64,000 nt of DNA from assembly GCA_963674595.2 (NCBI GenBank), contig CAXXFV010000023.1, forward strand, positions 32,001-96,000, written 5' to 3'. Source of the DNA: a bacterium. GTDB lineage: Bacteria; Zhuqueibacterota; Zhuqueibacteria; Residuimicrobiales; Krinioviventaceae. The position numbers and the translations under genes were made by a program. Positions 19,480 to 30,184 of this stretch are shown here, piece by piece. Position 1 is the first letter of the stretch, and each line of letters begins with the position of its first letter. The notes under the pieces were generated by a model. It did no database searches, was not told the origin of the DNA, and saw only the letters and a program-made list of their open reading frames with translations.

Positions 19480-20730
19480 ATGATGAATTCGGTTAAAACG
19501 GTGATCACAATTTTAATTAGAGTTTTTATGCTTTTAGCAGTCTCTGTCTTTGCCCAGGATTGGGCGGAATTAAAACCGGCTGTTCTTGAGGCTATTCAGG
19601 ATGGTGCGGATTATGCCTCGGATGTACTTTTGGATGAAAACGGCAAGAGCCGTTGCGACTATCATCTGGTGCAGGGAAAGTGGTACGATTATGAACCGCC
19701 GTGGCATACCGGACAGCTTGTTTATGCTTTGGTTGATGCTTATGACATTACAAAAAATGAAAAATATTTGCAGGCTGCCGTCAGGGCCGGAAACTGGTGG
19801 AAAAGCCTTGAAATTACAGACCATCCGAAATTAAAGGGAATGCTGCGTGCTGTCCATGGAGATACTAATCCTCATATCGTTTTTGCCACGGTCAGCGACG
19901 GGTCGGCAGGGCTGTTTTTATTAAGCAAAACAACCGGAAACAACGAGTATGCCGATGTGGCAACATCCGCAGGTGACTGGATGATGAAAAACATGTGGGT
20001 GCCTGAACAAAAAGTGTTTTATGATTGTGTGAACCCGGAGACGGGAGAGGTGTTAAAGGAAAAAAGTCCCTTTTGGCCGGATAAGGAACAGCAAGAATTG
20101 TTTGATGTGTCCCGTCCGAATAATGAAGGTTCTATCTTTAAAGACATGTTTGAGCATACCGGCAAAAAGGAATACATGGACATGTTTATCACCCTTTGCG
20201 AAAGTCTGTTAGAGTACCAGGACGAATATGGATTATGGATGGATTTTATGCCGAATGACAAAGAAAGTGGGTATTTTCATCCGCGTTTTAATCTCTGGTA
20301 TGCGGAATCTTTACTTGAAGGGTATGAACTGACAGGTGATAAACGATATTTAATGGCCGCCAAAAAGACCGGTGATTTTTATGTCAATTTTCAAAAACAG
20401 GACGGCACGTTTTATTATAAAAACTATGTGGATGGTCACAGTTCGACCAAATCCATTTGCGGCTCTGCTGTTTCCTTTGCCGGAATCATCTGGCTGAGGT
20501 TATTGGAATATGGTGTCGGGGACCACTATAAAGACAATATTGAAAAATCCGTAAACTGGCTTGTTACAAACCGGTATGCTAAAGACCATCCGGACCCGAA
20601 TCTGGCCGGCGGTTTTTTTGAAACACGGGTGCGTTTTATTAAAGGCAATGTCTGGATTGTAAATCGGGATATTGCCACAGCTTTTGGTGTACGTTTTTTA
20701 AGTGATTTTTACAGGTTTTTGGAAAAATAA
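19480..20730 (+). CDS. Secreted six-hairpin (alpha/alpha)6 glycosidase/epimerase-like protein (AGE/GH76/GH88-like)
   Basis: Signal peptide; repeated helical units AYDITKNEKYL..A, GYELTGDKRYL.AA. Confidence 0.6.
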   Translation: MMNSVKTVITILIRVFMLLAVSVFAQDWAELKPAVLEAIQDGADYASDVLLDENGKSRCDYHLVQGKWYDYEPPWHTGQLVYALVDAYDITKNEKYLQAAVRAGNWWKSLEITDHPKLKGMLRAVHGDTNPHIVFATVSDGSAGLFLLSKTTGNNEYADVATSAGDWMMKNMWVPEQKVFYDCVNPETGEVLKEKSPFWPDKEQQELFDVSRPNNEGSIFKDMFEHTGKKEYMDMFITLCESLLEYQDEYGLWMDFMPNDKESGYFHPRFNLWYAESLLEGYELTGDKRYLMAAKKTGDFYVNFQKQDGTFYYKNYVDGHSSTKSICGSAVSFAGIIWLRLLEYGVGDHYKDNIEKSVNWLVTNRYAKDHPDPNLAGGFFETRVRFIKGNVWIVNRDIATAFGVRFLSDFYRFLEK

Positions 20731-20776
20731 AAATATCACCTGGGGGATTTTATTTTTACTGTAAAATTTAATATCG

Positions 20777-21859
20777 TTATCTTTTCCATACTATATTTAT
20801 AGAAAAAGTTGAATAATTTTCCCATTTGTCATAATCAACAATATAACTGGGTTGTTTCATATTTAAATAGTTAATAACAATGTTTAGTGGATATTTCATA
20901 TCTACAAAATGTTCAATTGGGAGATTGATACCGGCCCCATATGTTATATCCGTTACTCTGTCTTTATTACTATAACCTCCCGGCATATTTAGCGAATAAA
21001 CTCCCATTCGAATAAATAACAAATCTAAAAATGAAAATTCACCGCCTGCCTTGAAAACAGTTTTATAAGAATAATTCAGCACATCTTCATACTCTATATT
21101 GAGCAGAAATCCATATTTATACCGGTTTTCCAAAACAGTATTTGGACCAAATGAGAATTGATATGCGGTACCGGCTCGTAAAATTACCGGAAACACAACT
21201 CCATTTTTAATTTTGGTGCCAAACATGTCGTAATAATCCATCGTCACATTCGTGATATTTTGGATTGAAAGCCCAAAATGCATTTTTCGGTTTTCATGTT
21301 TTGTCTTTTTTATTTGAATAGTTTTTTTTATTCCCAGGTCAACCGGATAGGCTGTAGATGTTTCATAGTTTAATTTATCCTGATATATATTAAAATTAAC
21401 GCCGACTGCTAATAAGGAACCGAATGATTTGGCGTAATTAAACGTATAAAGAGATACTCCAGGGGTGTATTTTTCAGGTTCTTGATTGATTCCAGAGGTT
21501 GTTTTGCTGGTTTCTTGACCTAACGAATAGTGATACCAACTTAATCCAATCACGCCATATTCTTTAGACCCATAGTTGACGCCTAAAAAATGATAAAAAG
21601 CCTTTTCAGCAAGATATACGGGACTTGAATGCGAGTAACCCAGATCAAAACCTTCAAGTTGATGATTTCCGGCTGGATTTGCGAGGATGGTAAACACACC
21701 GTCATTATTCGCCACCAAAGTTCTTCCCATGGATTCTGATTTTGTACTGTTTGAACGTTCTAAATAGAGCCCGGAACTATACTTTTCATATTCTTTATAA
21801 AACGCAAACAATTTGGTTTGAATAAAAAGTAGTAGAATTAACAGAAACAGCTTTTTCAT
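20777..21859 (-). CDS. PorV/PorQ-family outer-membrane beta-barrel protein
   Basis: Signal peptide; SMGRTLVA....TILANPAG motif; alternating beta-strands, FPVILRAG, GGEF...LFIRMG. Confidence 0.7.
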   Translation of the reverse strand: MKKLFLLILLLFIQTKLFAFYKEYEKYSSGLYLERSNSTKSESMGRTLVANNDGVFTILANPAGNHQLEGFDLGYSHSSPVYLAEKAFYHFLGVNYGSKEYGVIGLSWYHYSLGQETSKTTSGINQEPEKYTPGVSLYTFNYAKSFGSLLAVGVNFNIYQDKLNYETSTAYPVDLGIKKTIQIKKTKHENRKMHFGLSIQNITNVTMDYYDMFGTKIKNGVVFPVILRAGTAYQFSFGPNTVLENRYKYGFLLNIEYEDVLNYSYKTVFKAGGEFSFLDLLFIRMGVYSLNMPGGYSNKDRVTDITYGAGINLPIEHFVDMKYPLNIVINYLNMKQPSYIVDYDKWENYSTFSINIVWKR

Positions 21860-21976
21860 TTTTTTCTCCGTAAATTGTTTCTTATGGCAATTAGTTTTTC
21901 TGTCTTTTTAGTTTTCCCCTGTACCGGATGTTATGAGATTTATCAATTAATAAAATGATGCACCCCCAATTTATTT

Positions 21977-22567
21977 TTATCCCTGATAAAAATGGTCCCT
22001 TTGCCAGGATTTTGGATTGTTTAAAATATAGGATGTTATTTTATTGTAATCTGTTTGATTATAAATAATGTGATCATAAAAAGATTTTTGCCATTCAAAC
22101 CTGTCTGTGCTGATTTTATTGATACGGCGGGAAGATAATGATTTAAAACCCCGAATCATTTCACATAATCCGTGTATTTTTTCTGATTTTGGATGTCGGC
22201 AATCCTCTTCTTTTAATGTCGTGTATTCGGATTTTTTTGACAAATCACCTGGATGCTGGTCTTCATGATTGTTATGGTTATTCTTTTCATTATTTATTTG
22301 GATCAGCATGTGCACATGATTCGGCATGATAACATAAGAGTGTACCACACAATTTGGATATTGAAAAGGTAACTTTATCAGGCATTCCCGGACTATTTGT
22401 CCAAAGGCTGAATAGTACATAGTTCCGTCAAATATCCAGCCAAAAACAGTTTTTGAATGTTTTACACATGTTGTTACAAAATAACATCCGTTATGGCAAT
22501 AATCATGTTCTTTCAGGCGAACAGCTCTGTGATTTTCAAATAATGATTTGGAAATATTTGCCGACAT
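21977..22567 (-). mobile_element. REP-associated tyrosine (Y1 HUH) transposase, RAYT-like
   Basis: RLKEHDY...YFVTTC, VIMPNHVH (HUH), IRGFKS.SSRRIN, WQKSFYDHII, YILNNP. Confidence 0.85.
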
Positions 22568-22765
22568 AAGTACTCTTGGGTTTTATATACAACTCTATTT
22601 ATGGACCCCTGATAAAATTTTGACGGGATTTCAACAAGATGTTGAGAATACGTCCGGTTTTACCCGCCCCAGATACAACAGCCCACAACTGTATTTATTA
22701 ATTATAAAACATCTGTTTAAATTTAGCAAGTGTTAATTTGAAATTTTTTCTAAAAAAATTATTTC

Positions 22766-22788
22766 GGGACAGGACCCATTCCTGCCCC
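22766..22788. repeat. GC-rich hairpin: degenerate REP or terminator of the DUF1080 gene
   Basis: GGGACAGG-ACCCATT-CCTGCCCC between the RAYT 5' region and the 22799 stop. Confidence 0.4.
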
Positions 22789-22798
22789 ATAAAATTTT

Positions 22799-24070
22799 TT
22801 ATAATTCTTTGATAAAAATATTGGTAAACTCGACAGGATCACCGTGATGCTGCAAAGCAATGGGACCTGTTTCCGGCATGTCCGGAAGCTCTGCGTTGTT
22901 TATAACCCGTTTTCCGTTTAGCAATACGGTAACAAAACTGCCTTTAACCGTAATTTCAAACCGGTTCCATTCACCGATGGGATTGTCGGCATTGACGATT
23001 GGTGTTGCTGCTTTTCTGATTTGTGCCGGCATTTTATCATCTGTACGGTATCCCCAAATTTCTCCCGATCCGATGGGCCAGTTCCAGATATTGATTTGAC
23101 TTTTGGATGTTCCCCGCAAATAAATTCCGCTGTCTCCGGCATCCGGAACAGTGACTTTAATCTGTTTTCCTCTTTTATTTACAGCATAGGATCCGTCCGG
23201 CAGGATAACCTGCACAGCATCCGGCTTGGGCTCTGAAGGCTGCCGCCAGTCAACAATCAATACAAAATCTTTATAATTTTTTGCAGTCCACAAATGACGG
23301 TCTTCGCCCTCGGCCTCGCTTTTTCCGTCGTAAGAAATAATCCCGTCTTTAACCTGCCAATGACCTTCATTCCCCTTGACATGTTTCCAGCTATCCAGAT
23401 TAACATGATTAAAAAGACTGACAAATCCTTGTGCCGGAAGAGCGGTTGTTTGTTCATTCGTGCTGGAGGGCGGTAATTCTCTGATATTGATATTTTTATA
23501 ATGAACAGAAGAACCGTTTGTTGTTAAACAAATATATCCTTTACGTGGATTACAATTAAAAACACGCTGAACATTACCGTTTATCGTCGCGGTCAACATA
23601 CCGTCCAGAGATTTTATCCGGCAGGTATTCCATTGTTTATTCGGCTTGGAGCTTTTTCCTTTATCTTTTTCAGCGCTGTCTTTAATCATGAATGCATTGT
23701 AAAGAGGACGAATGCCGTTACCTTGTTCGGCGTCAAGATTTATTTCAATGGATCGCATAAACGCCCTGCCTGTGGCCGGCAGGGCATCGGCATGAACCAG
23801 TAAAGCATTTTCCCCTTTCAGGTCCTGCCGCTGCCATTCCAGTTCCAGGATATAGTTTTCATACTGTTTATCAGTCCTCAGCACACCCTGTGGTTGACCA
23901 CTGCATTTAAGGATTTCATTTTCAATGGCCCACGTATCCGGACTGTTGTAAGCATTGGTCCATCCCTCCAGGTTTTGGCCGTTAAAGAGAGAGATTAAGG
24001 GTTCTTTTGCCTGCATACACACAGACGTAAATAAAGCCAGTATAATAACAACATATTTATAAGCTTTCAT
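22799..24070 (-). CDS. Tandem DUF1080 (3-keto-disaccharide hydrolase-like) secreted protein
   Basis: Two copies of SLFN(G/H)..L..W...Y.(N/D)(Y/F).L..(E/D)W; DSGIYLRG; GEWN; GPIALQHHG. Confidence 0.88.
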   Translation of the reverse strand: MKAYKYVVIILALFTSVCMQAKEPLISLFNGQNLEGWTNAYNSPDTWAIENEILKCSGQPQGVLRTDKQYENYILELEWQRQDLKGENALLVHADALPATGRAFMRSIEINLDAEQGNGIRPLYNAFMIKDSAEKDKGKSSKPNKQWNTCRIKSLDGMLTATINGNVQRVFNCNPRKGYICLTTNGSSVHYKNINIRELPPSSTNEQTTALPAQGFVSLFNHVNLDSWKHVKGNEGHWQVKDGIISYDGKSEAEGEDRHLWTAKNYKDFVLIVDWRQPSEPKPDAVQVILPDGSYAVNKRGKQIKVTVPDAGDSGIYLRGTSKSQINIWNWPIGSGEIWGYRTDDKMPAQIRKAATPIVNADNPIGEWNRFEITVKGSFVTVLLNGKRVINNAELPDMPETGPIALQHHGDPVEFTNIFIKEL

Positions 24071-24111
24071 TTTTTTCCCCTTAACGTTTAGACCTGTTCT
24101 GCCGATGAAAA

Positions 24112-24888
24112 TTATTTTAATTCATCAAGCCAGTTTTTTAATGTTGCGGCATCCTGTAAAAATTGTTCCGGTGAATTGTTTTTAACAAATTCCAGCATGG
24201 CATCGCGGTCATTGGATAGTGTATTGGCAAGTTTTAAATAGTCCAGCCAGACGTTTTCTCCTGCCGACAAAGGAAATTGTTCCCTGTTCTCACCGTTAAA
24301 TGTCCAGTGAAAGACATGGAGATTACACAATTTCGGTAACAGCTTTTCCAGTCCTTCAAGGCAATATGATTTATCTTTACCGTTTGTCGGCTGCCAATAG
24401 GACAGGATATTGGAATGGTCAACATCTTTAATAAGCTGCTGGGCTGATTCATTGGTGTCTGTTAATGTATCGGAATGATATTCGTAGGCAATTTTAATAC
24501 CTTCTTTTTGGGCTATGTCGGCAATGCGTATGGAATCGTCGGCCACTTTTGTTCGATAATCCGCATCAGCAAGAGCAGAACCTTTTTGTCCGGCCCAAAC
24601 CCGAATGACAGGGGCCTCAAGAGCCAGGGCAGAAGCCAGTACGGCATTAAAAGACAGTCCCTGGTTTTCGCTCTCGGCAACACGATAATAAGAACCATAA
24701 GCGGCAACTCTTAATCCGGCGTTGCGGGTCATTGCTGCAACATCTTGGGCTGTTTTTTCTTCACCATGGGGAACATGAACATCTCCGCCCCACTCAATAC
24801 AATCCAGTTGTGCCTGTTCTACAAGTTGAATTATTTCATCGGTTTTTAATTGGCGAAAGGTAACGGAAACAAGTCCGGGTTTAATCAT
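24112..24888 (-). CDS. Sugar-phosphate isomerase/epimerase-like TIM barrel protein
   Basis: GLVSVTFR, IEWGGDVH, YGSYY, IRVWAG, EYH..TLTD, YWQP, HVF.W, MLEF. Confidence 0.82.
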   Translation of the reverse strand: MIKPGLVSVTFRQLKTDEIIQLVEQAQLDCIEWGGDVHVPHGEEKTAQDVAAMTRNAGLRVAAYGSYYRVAESENQGLSFNAVLASALALEAPVIRVWAGQKGSALADADYRTKVADDSIRIADIAQKEGIKIAYEYHSDTLTDTNESAQQLIKDVDHSNILSYWQPTNGKDKSYCLEGLEKLLPKLCNLHVFHWTFNGENREQFPLSAGENVWLDYLKLANTLSNDRDAMLEFVKNNSPEQFLQDAATLKNWLDELK

Positions 24889-24980
24889 TATAAGGTCCTT
24901 TATATTTTTAGGATTTAAGGATATTTTTTATTTAATAATATTTTATATGAAAAGAATAATTAAAATTTATAACAACAAAC

Positions 24981-26168
24981 TCAGATCGAATCATAAACCG
25001 CTTGTCTGTTTTCATCCGGCAGTTTTACTTCGTTAAAAAAGGTCATGCCTTTAAAACGGGGATTGGTTTTGTAATATTCTTTGCCCCATTTTATAATGGA
25101 CTTTATATATTTTGGTCCTTTGGGCGGTAGTTTGTAATTATGGGGAGCATCTCTGCGAATGGTTGTGTGCAGGTAAATGTCCATTGGCGCCAGAAAATCG
25201 ATAACTTTTTGTATTTCTTCAATTTCCTGTTCTTTATGACGGCCTTCACAATAGGGCATAAGAAAATCACAACCGATTTCTTTGAGTGTTTTCGGATCAT
25301 GCCCGCGATCAAGTTGGAATTTTGCAATATCACCATCTGATGGTGAAAATCCGGTATAAAATCCGAATTGGAAGTTTGGATTGATGGATTTGGCCAGATT
25401 TTTTAAATCGATCAGGGTATCACGAATCCGGATAGCCTTCCATTGTCGAATTTCCGTGGTAGATAATTCGTCCATCTCTTTTCCGGTGTCCTGTTTTATA
25501 CGTTGAAGCGAATCTGTACAATAACAGGTGTCTCCTGAATAGGATGGATGTTCCAATACAATACCATCAAGGTCTTTATATCGGGTCAATACATCTGTAA
25601 TTTTATCGCGCATATATTGGTGTGCCTGACTGCTGTCACAACAAAGGTGTAGTGTTTCTGTGGCTTTGCGTTCATATTCGCCGGCTTCCGGTGGAGTTTG
25701 ATGGATACTGCTGCCGTCTTTTTTGGTTAAAAATTTGACTCCCGGATATCCTTCCTTAACGCCGATCATACCCAGATATTTTATTTCTATAAAAATTTTG
25801 ATGTTTAAAGAGTGTGCTTTTTTAATTATTTTTGAAAAGAATTCCGTTTCTTCAAATGCATTGACCGCTTTTTTATCCACTTGGAGTTTTAGTTTTTCAT
25901 TTTTCACCGGCCATGCCAACCCATGGTTCAGAGGCGAATAATATCCGTGGCTTGCCATCATAACTATTAAATGCCCCATCCCGTGGGCATGCATTTCATC
26001 CAGCAGATTGCTGAAATAATCATATCCCAGTTTTCTATCATTGGTTTCGTATGTTAAACAGGTGGTCCATCCGAAATTCATTTTTTTGTGATTTGTTTTA
26101 TGGCAGGCAACATTCCAAAAAGCAAATGGTAATGTACCCAATATTTTGATAAACTCCTGACGTTTCAT
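24981..26168 (-). CDS. Exported (Tat-like/lipoprotein) TIM-barrel glycoside-hydrolase-like hypothetical protein
   Basis: MKRQEFIK...NVAC leader; IIKKAH...IKI, DLDGIVLE...CYC motif typical of GHL-type barrels. Confidence 0.5.
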   Translation of the reverse strand: MKRQEFIKILGTLPFAFWNVACHKTNHKKMNFGWTTCLTYETNDRKLGYDYFSNLLDEMHAHGMGHLIVMMASHGYYSPLNHGLAWPVKNEKLKLQVDKKAVNAFEETEFFSKIIKKAHSLNIKIFIEIKYLGMIGVKEGYPGVKFLTKKDGSSIHQTPPEAGEYERKATETLHLCCDSSQAHQYMRDKITDVLTRYKDLDGIVLEHPSYSGDTCYCTDSLQRIKQDTGKEMDELSTTEIRQWKAIRIRDTLIDLKNLAKSINPNFQFGFYTGFSPSDGDIAKFQLDRGHDPKTLKEIGCDFLMPYCEGRHKEQEIEEIQKVIDFLAPMDIYLHTTIRRDAPHNYKLPPKGPKYIKSIIKWGKEYYKTNPRFKGMTFFNEVKLPDENRQAVYDSI

Positions 26169-26416
26169 AGCCGTTTTCCTTTTCCTTTTATGTTGGGACC
26201 AGAATAGCAGAATGTTTGGATATTATCCGTTTTTAAAAGATAATAATTTTTTATCTATAATTCCAATACTGAAGATTAAATATTTATGAAAACCGGTTAG
26301 AGTTTGAGATTTTTTGTCTTTTCCGTTCAGGTTTATGAACCAATTATCAGACAATTGAAAAGGGATTTTTAAAATATCTTGTCAGATGAAATTCAGTTTA
26401 TTTTGTTAAAAAGGAC

Positions 26417-26445
26417 TTGCAACCATATTGTATAATTTGTATTAT
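26417..26445 (+). promoter_or_regulatory. Candidate sigma70 promoter
   Basis: TTGCAA-17 bp-TATTAT upstream of the GH127-like gene. Confidence 0.4.
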
Positions 26446-26538
26446 TTTGTTTGATATGGTTTAAAAAATATTTTATCAATATTCCTGATAATTCCTGTTT
26501 AAACGTGAATGTTATACCTTGTTTATGGAGTAACCAAA

Positions 26539-28667
26539 ATGAACCTGCTGTGCCGCAGCCTGATTTTTTTATTACTGGTAATGATGTCCTGTGAAAATCA
26601 AAAAGTTTCTATAGTTAAAAATCCGGATGCTAATATTAATAACAGCAATTATGTGTCCAACAGAGCTCCTTTACAACCTGCGCCGCTTATCAAGCTGCCG
26701 CTGGGTTCTGTCAGGGCAAATGGCTGGTTACAGCATCAGCTTGAATTGACAGTAAACGGTGCGGCTGGTCATTTGGATGAGCTCAGTTATTTTTTACAGG
26801 ATAGCAACGGATGGCTGAATCCGGATGGTATCGGCTGGGAAGAGCAGCCCTACTGGCTGCGCGGATTTTTACCCCTGGCCTTTTTAACGCAGGACAGCAG
26901 CGCGTTGAATAAAGTCGATAAATGGATAAATGCCGTACTTTCCGGTCAGGATGACGATGGATTTTTTGGACCGCAAAATTTGCGGTCTGTTCCGGGCAAA
27001 CAGGGGCAACAGCTTTGTGATTTGTGGCCGCACATGGTGATGATTGATGTGTTGAGACAGTATTTTGAAGTTACAGGAGATGAGCGTATCATCCTGTTTT
27101 TAACCCGTTTTTATGAGTTTTGTCTAAAGATTCCGGATGAAGAATTTATCAATATTGAATCTTTGGTTGATCCTTCCCGCTTTCCCGAGTCGTGGAAAGC
27201 CTGGAATCAGAATGTCGTCTGGAAAAATAAAATGCAGCATATACGGGCCGGCGACATGGTGCCGCATTTTATCTGGTTGTACAATTATACCGGAGAGACC
27301 TGGCTTCTGGATTTGGCTGAACGTTTTTATAAGAAAATAAAACCATCAGAGGACCAATGGCTTGAAGGACATAATGTTCATTTTGCACAACGTTATAATT
27401 ATTTTGGGTGCATTCCTTGCTTTCCGGCAATCCGGATGATATTAAAAAGTCAGAGTACTGGTATACCATGCACATGGAAACCTGGGGACAGCAGCCGAGG
27501 GGTATTTTTGCCGCAGATGAACGAGTTCGCGATGGGAAAACAGACCCCCGTCAGGCATTCGAAACGTGCGGTATGATTGAATTTACCAAAAGTTTTTATC
27601 TGTTGGGACAAATTTCCGGTGACCCCATGTATGCCGACCGTTGTGAAGATATTATGCTGAACCATTTTCCCGTTGCGCATTCACCGGATTATCGGGCACT
27701 GCATTATTTAACCGCATCCAATATGCCGCAGCTCGATGCCGGAAATAAACACGATTTTTACAATCAAAAACCGCAGCTTTGTTACTCTCCCCATATGTAT
27801 CGCTGCTGCCAGCATAATGACGCTATGGGCTGGTCATGGTATGTTCAGCATTTATGGCAGGCAACATCTGATAATGGGTTGGCGGCCTGGCTTTATGCTC
27901 CCTGTACGGTAAAAGCCAGGGTTGGCGATAATAAACCGGTAACGATAGAATCTGTTACCGGTTATCCGTTTAAAACAAATGTTGAACTGAAAATAACAGA
28001 GGCAAACGCCGCCCGGTTCCCCTTGTACTTGCGGGTTCCTGCCTGGTGTCAACAGTTTAAAGTACTTTTGAACAATGAACCAATTGACGTTGAAACTGAA
28101 CCTCAAAATTATGTTTGTATCAATCGTACCTGGAATTCCGGGGACATTGTGCAAATTTCCATGGACAATGAAATAACTCTTACAACTTGGCCGAACAATG
28201 CCAGTGTTACCGTCAATCGCGGACCCTTGAGTTATTCTGTCAAGATTGATGAAAAGTGGAAAAACTTTAATCGATTTAAAATGAGTGATGAATGGAAAAA
28301 GAGTGCCGGTTTTTCCACACCCGTCTCTGTTAAAATTGATATTAAAAAGTGGCCGGAATGGGAAGTTTTTCCTGCAAGTCCCTGGAATTATGGCTTGCTG
28401 ATAGATCAACAACATCCTAAAGAGTCGTTTACTGTTTTCGAAAGCGATACCCTGGCTGAAAATCCGTGGACTGTGGAAACTGCACCGGTCCGTTTGACTG
28501 TAAACGCCAGGCGAATACCATCCTGGTCTTTGGACAAGAGCCAAACCGTTGAGCCATTACCGAAAAGTCCGGTTGTTTCAACAGAGCCAACCGAACAGAT
28601 AACATTGATTCCGTTAGGCTGCGCACGATTACGGATTGGCTGTATGCCGGTTATTTTAGGAGAATGA
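26539..28667 (+). pseudogene. GH127/GH146 beta-L-arabinofuranosidase-like lipoprotein, split by one frameshift near 27402-27408 (probably a sequencing error)
   Basis: ORF1 (GGAG RBS, ATG 26539, lipobox MMSC, GWEEQPYWLRG, HNVHFAQ) and overlapping ORF2 (FETCGMIE, RCCQHN, YPF, LRVPAW, RGPL.YS, LIPLGCARLR) join in frame if one base is added in TTTTGGG. Confidence 0.8.
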
Positions 28668-28706
28668 TTGCTGTTTTATAGATAATAAAAATTTAAGGAT
28701 ATTATT

Positions 28707-30164
28707 ATGTCGGAAAACAGGTATACACGACGTTCTTTTGCCAAACATTCCGCAATGGCTGCCGCAGCTATGGCATTTATAAACTGCAATCCGTTTTGTA
28801 AAAAGTCTAAAGGGAAAAGACCCAATATTTTGTTCGCCATAGCCGATGACTGGGGATGGCCGCATGCGCGGTTTTACGGCGACAAGGTCGTAAAAACGCC
28901 TGCATTTGAAAGCATTGCCCGTAATGGCATCCTTTTTAATAATGCTTTTGTAACAGCGCCTTCCTGCACACCTTCGAGAAATTCAATTCTGACCGGTCAG
29001 TATCACTGGCGTTTGGAGACCGGGGCAAATTTACACAGCCGTTTTCCGGACGGACCGCAGACTTTTCCAAATATTTTAGAGGACAATGGTTATTTTGTGG
29101 GTTCGTGCAGTAAATCTTTTGGCCCGGGAGCGGACCGTGAAAGACCGGTAGCCGGAATAAAATATGATAATTTTGAAATTTTTTTGCAGACTGCGCCAAA
29201 AGACAAACCGTTCTGTTTTTGGCTGGGCTCCAAAGACCCGCATCGCACCTACGAATGGCAGTCAGGCGTTAAAAGCGGTATGGACCCTGACGACGTACAG
29301 GTCCCGCCATGTTTACCGGACACAAAAGAGGTACGCACGGATATTTGTGATTATTACTGGGAAGTACAGCGATTTGATAAAACTGTTGGCGACGCTCTCG
29401 AACTTTTAGAGGAGTCCGGTGAACTGGACAATACTCTTATCATTATGACCGGTGATAACGGCTGGCCCTTCCCGAGGGGAAAATCTAATCTTTATGATCT
29501 TGGAGTACATGTTCCGCTGGCCGTTCAGTGGGGTGACGAAATTAAAAAAGGCCGCGTGATAGATGATTTTGTCAGTCTCGCCGATTTTGCACCCACATTT
29601 TTTGAGGCTGCCGGTTTAGATGTTCCGGAGGATGTGACGGCTAAAAGTTTAATCAGCTTGTTTGAATCCAACGAATCCGGATGGATCGATCCTGAACGTG
29701 ACCATGTCCTCACCGGCAAGGAACGTCATACCCTGGCCCAGGCAGATAGTATGAGCGGCACACCCATGCGCGCAATTCGGACAAAGGATTTTCTTTATAT
29801 ACACAATTTTAAACCGGACCGCTGGCCGGCAGGTGCGCCGAAAAATCTATATGGCAGAGCTTTTCGTGACATCGATGACAGTCCGACAAAATCGGTCATT
29901 CTCGAAAATAAAGACCGTCCGGAAATGAAAAAATATTTTAAACTCTGCTGTGGTAAAAGACCGGCTGATGAATTGTATGACTTGCAAAAAGACCCGGACC
30001 AGTTGACAAATGTGGCGGATGATCCCACCTATAAACAGGATTTAAAAGAGTTAAAAAAGCGACTTTTTGATGAACTGAAACAGACAAAAGACCCTCGTGT
30101 TTTGGGAAAAGGGGATGTTTTTGACAATTATCCCTATCTCGGAAAAAAACCGGTTATAAAATAA
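28707..30164 (+). CDS. Cys-type formylglycine sulfatase (sulfamidase-like)
   Basis: Tat-like TRRSFAK leader; PNILFAIADD; CTPSR..ILTG; DPHR; GDNG.PFPRGK; ELYDL..DP. Confidence 0.92.
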   Translation: MSENRYTRRSFAKHSAMAAAAMAFINCNPFCKKSKGKRPNILFAIADDWGWPHARFYGDKVVKTPAFESIARNGILFNNAFVTAPSCTPSRNSILTGQYHWRLETGANLHSRFPDGPQTFPNILEDNGYFVGSCSKSFGPGADRERPVAGIKYDNFEIFLQTAPKDKPFCFWLGSKDPHRTYEWQSGVKSGMDPDDVQVPPCLPDTKEVRTDICDYYWEVQRFDKTVGDALELLEESGELDNTLIIMTGDNGWPFPRGKSNLYDLGVHVPLAVQWGDEIKKGRVIDDFVSLADFAPTFFEAAGLDVPEDVTAKSLISLFESNESGWIDPERDHVLTGKERHTLAQADSMSGTPMRAIRTKDFLYIHNFKPDRWPAGAPKNLYGRAFRDIDDSPTKSVILENKDRPEMKKYFKLCCGKRPADELYDLQKDPDQLTNVADDPTYKQDLKELKKRLFDELKQTKDPRVLGKGDVFDNYPYLGKKPVIK

Positions 30165-30184
30165 ACATAATTCGTGGAGGCTTT

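Noticed and set aside
27852-28544. 230-aa antisense ORF
   Set aside because: Fully inside the GH127-like gene on the opposite strand, with no recognisable motif.
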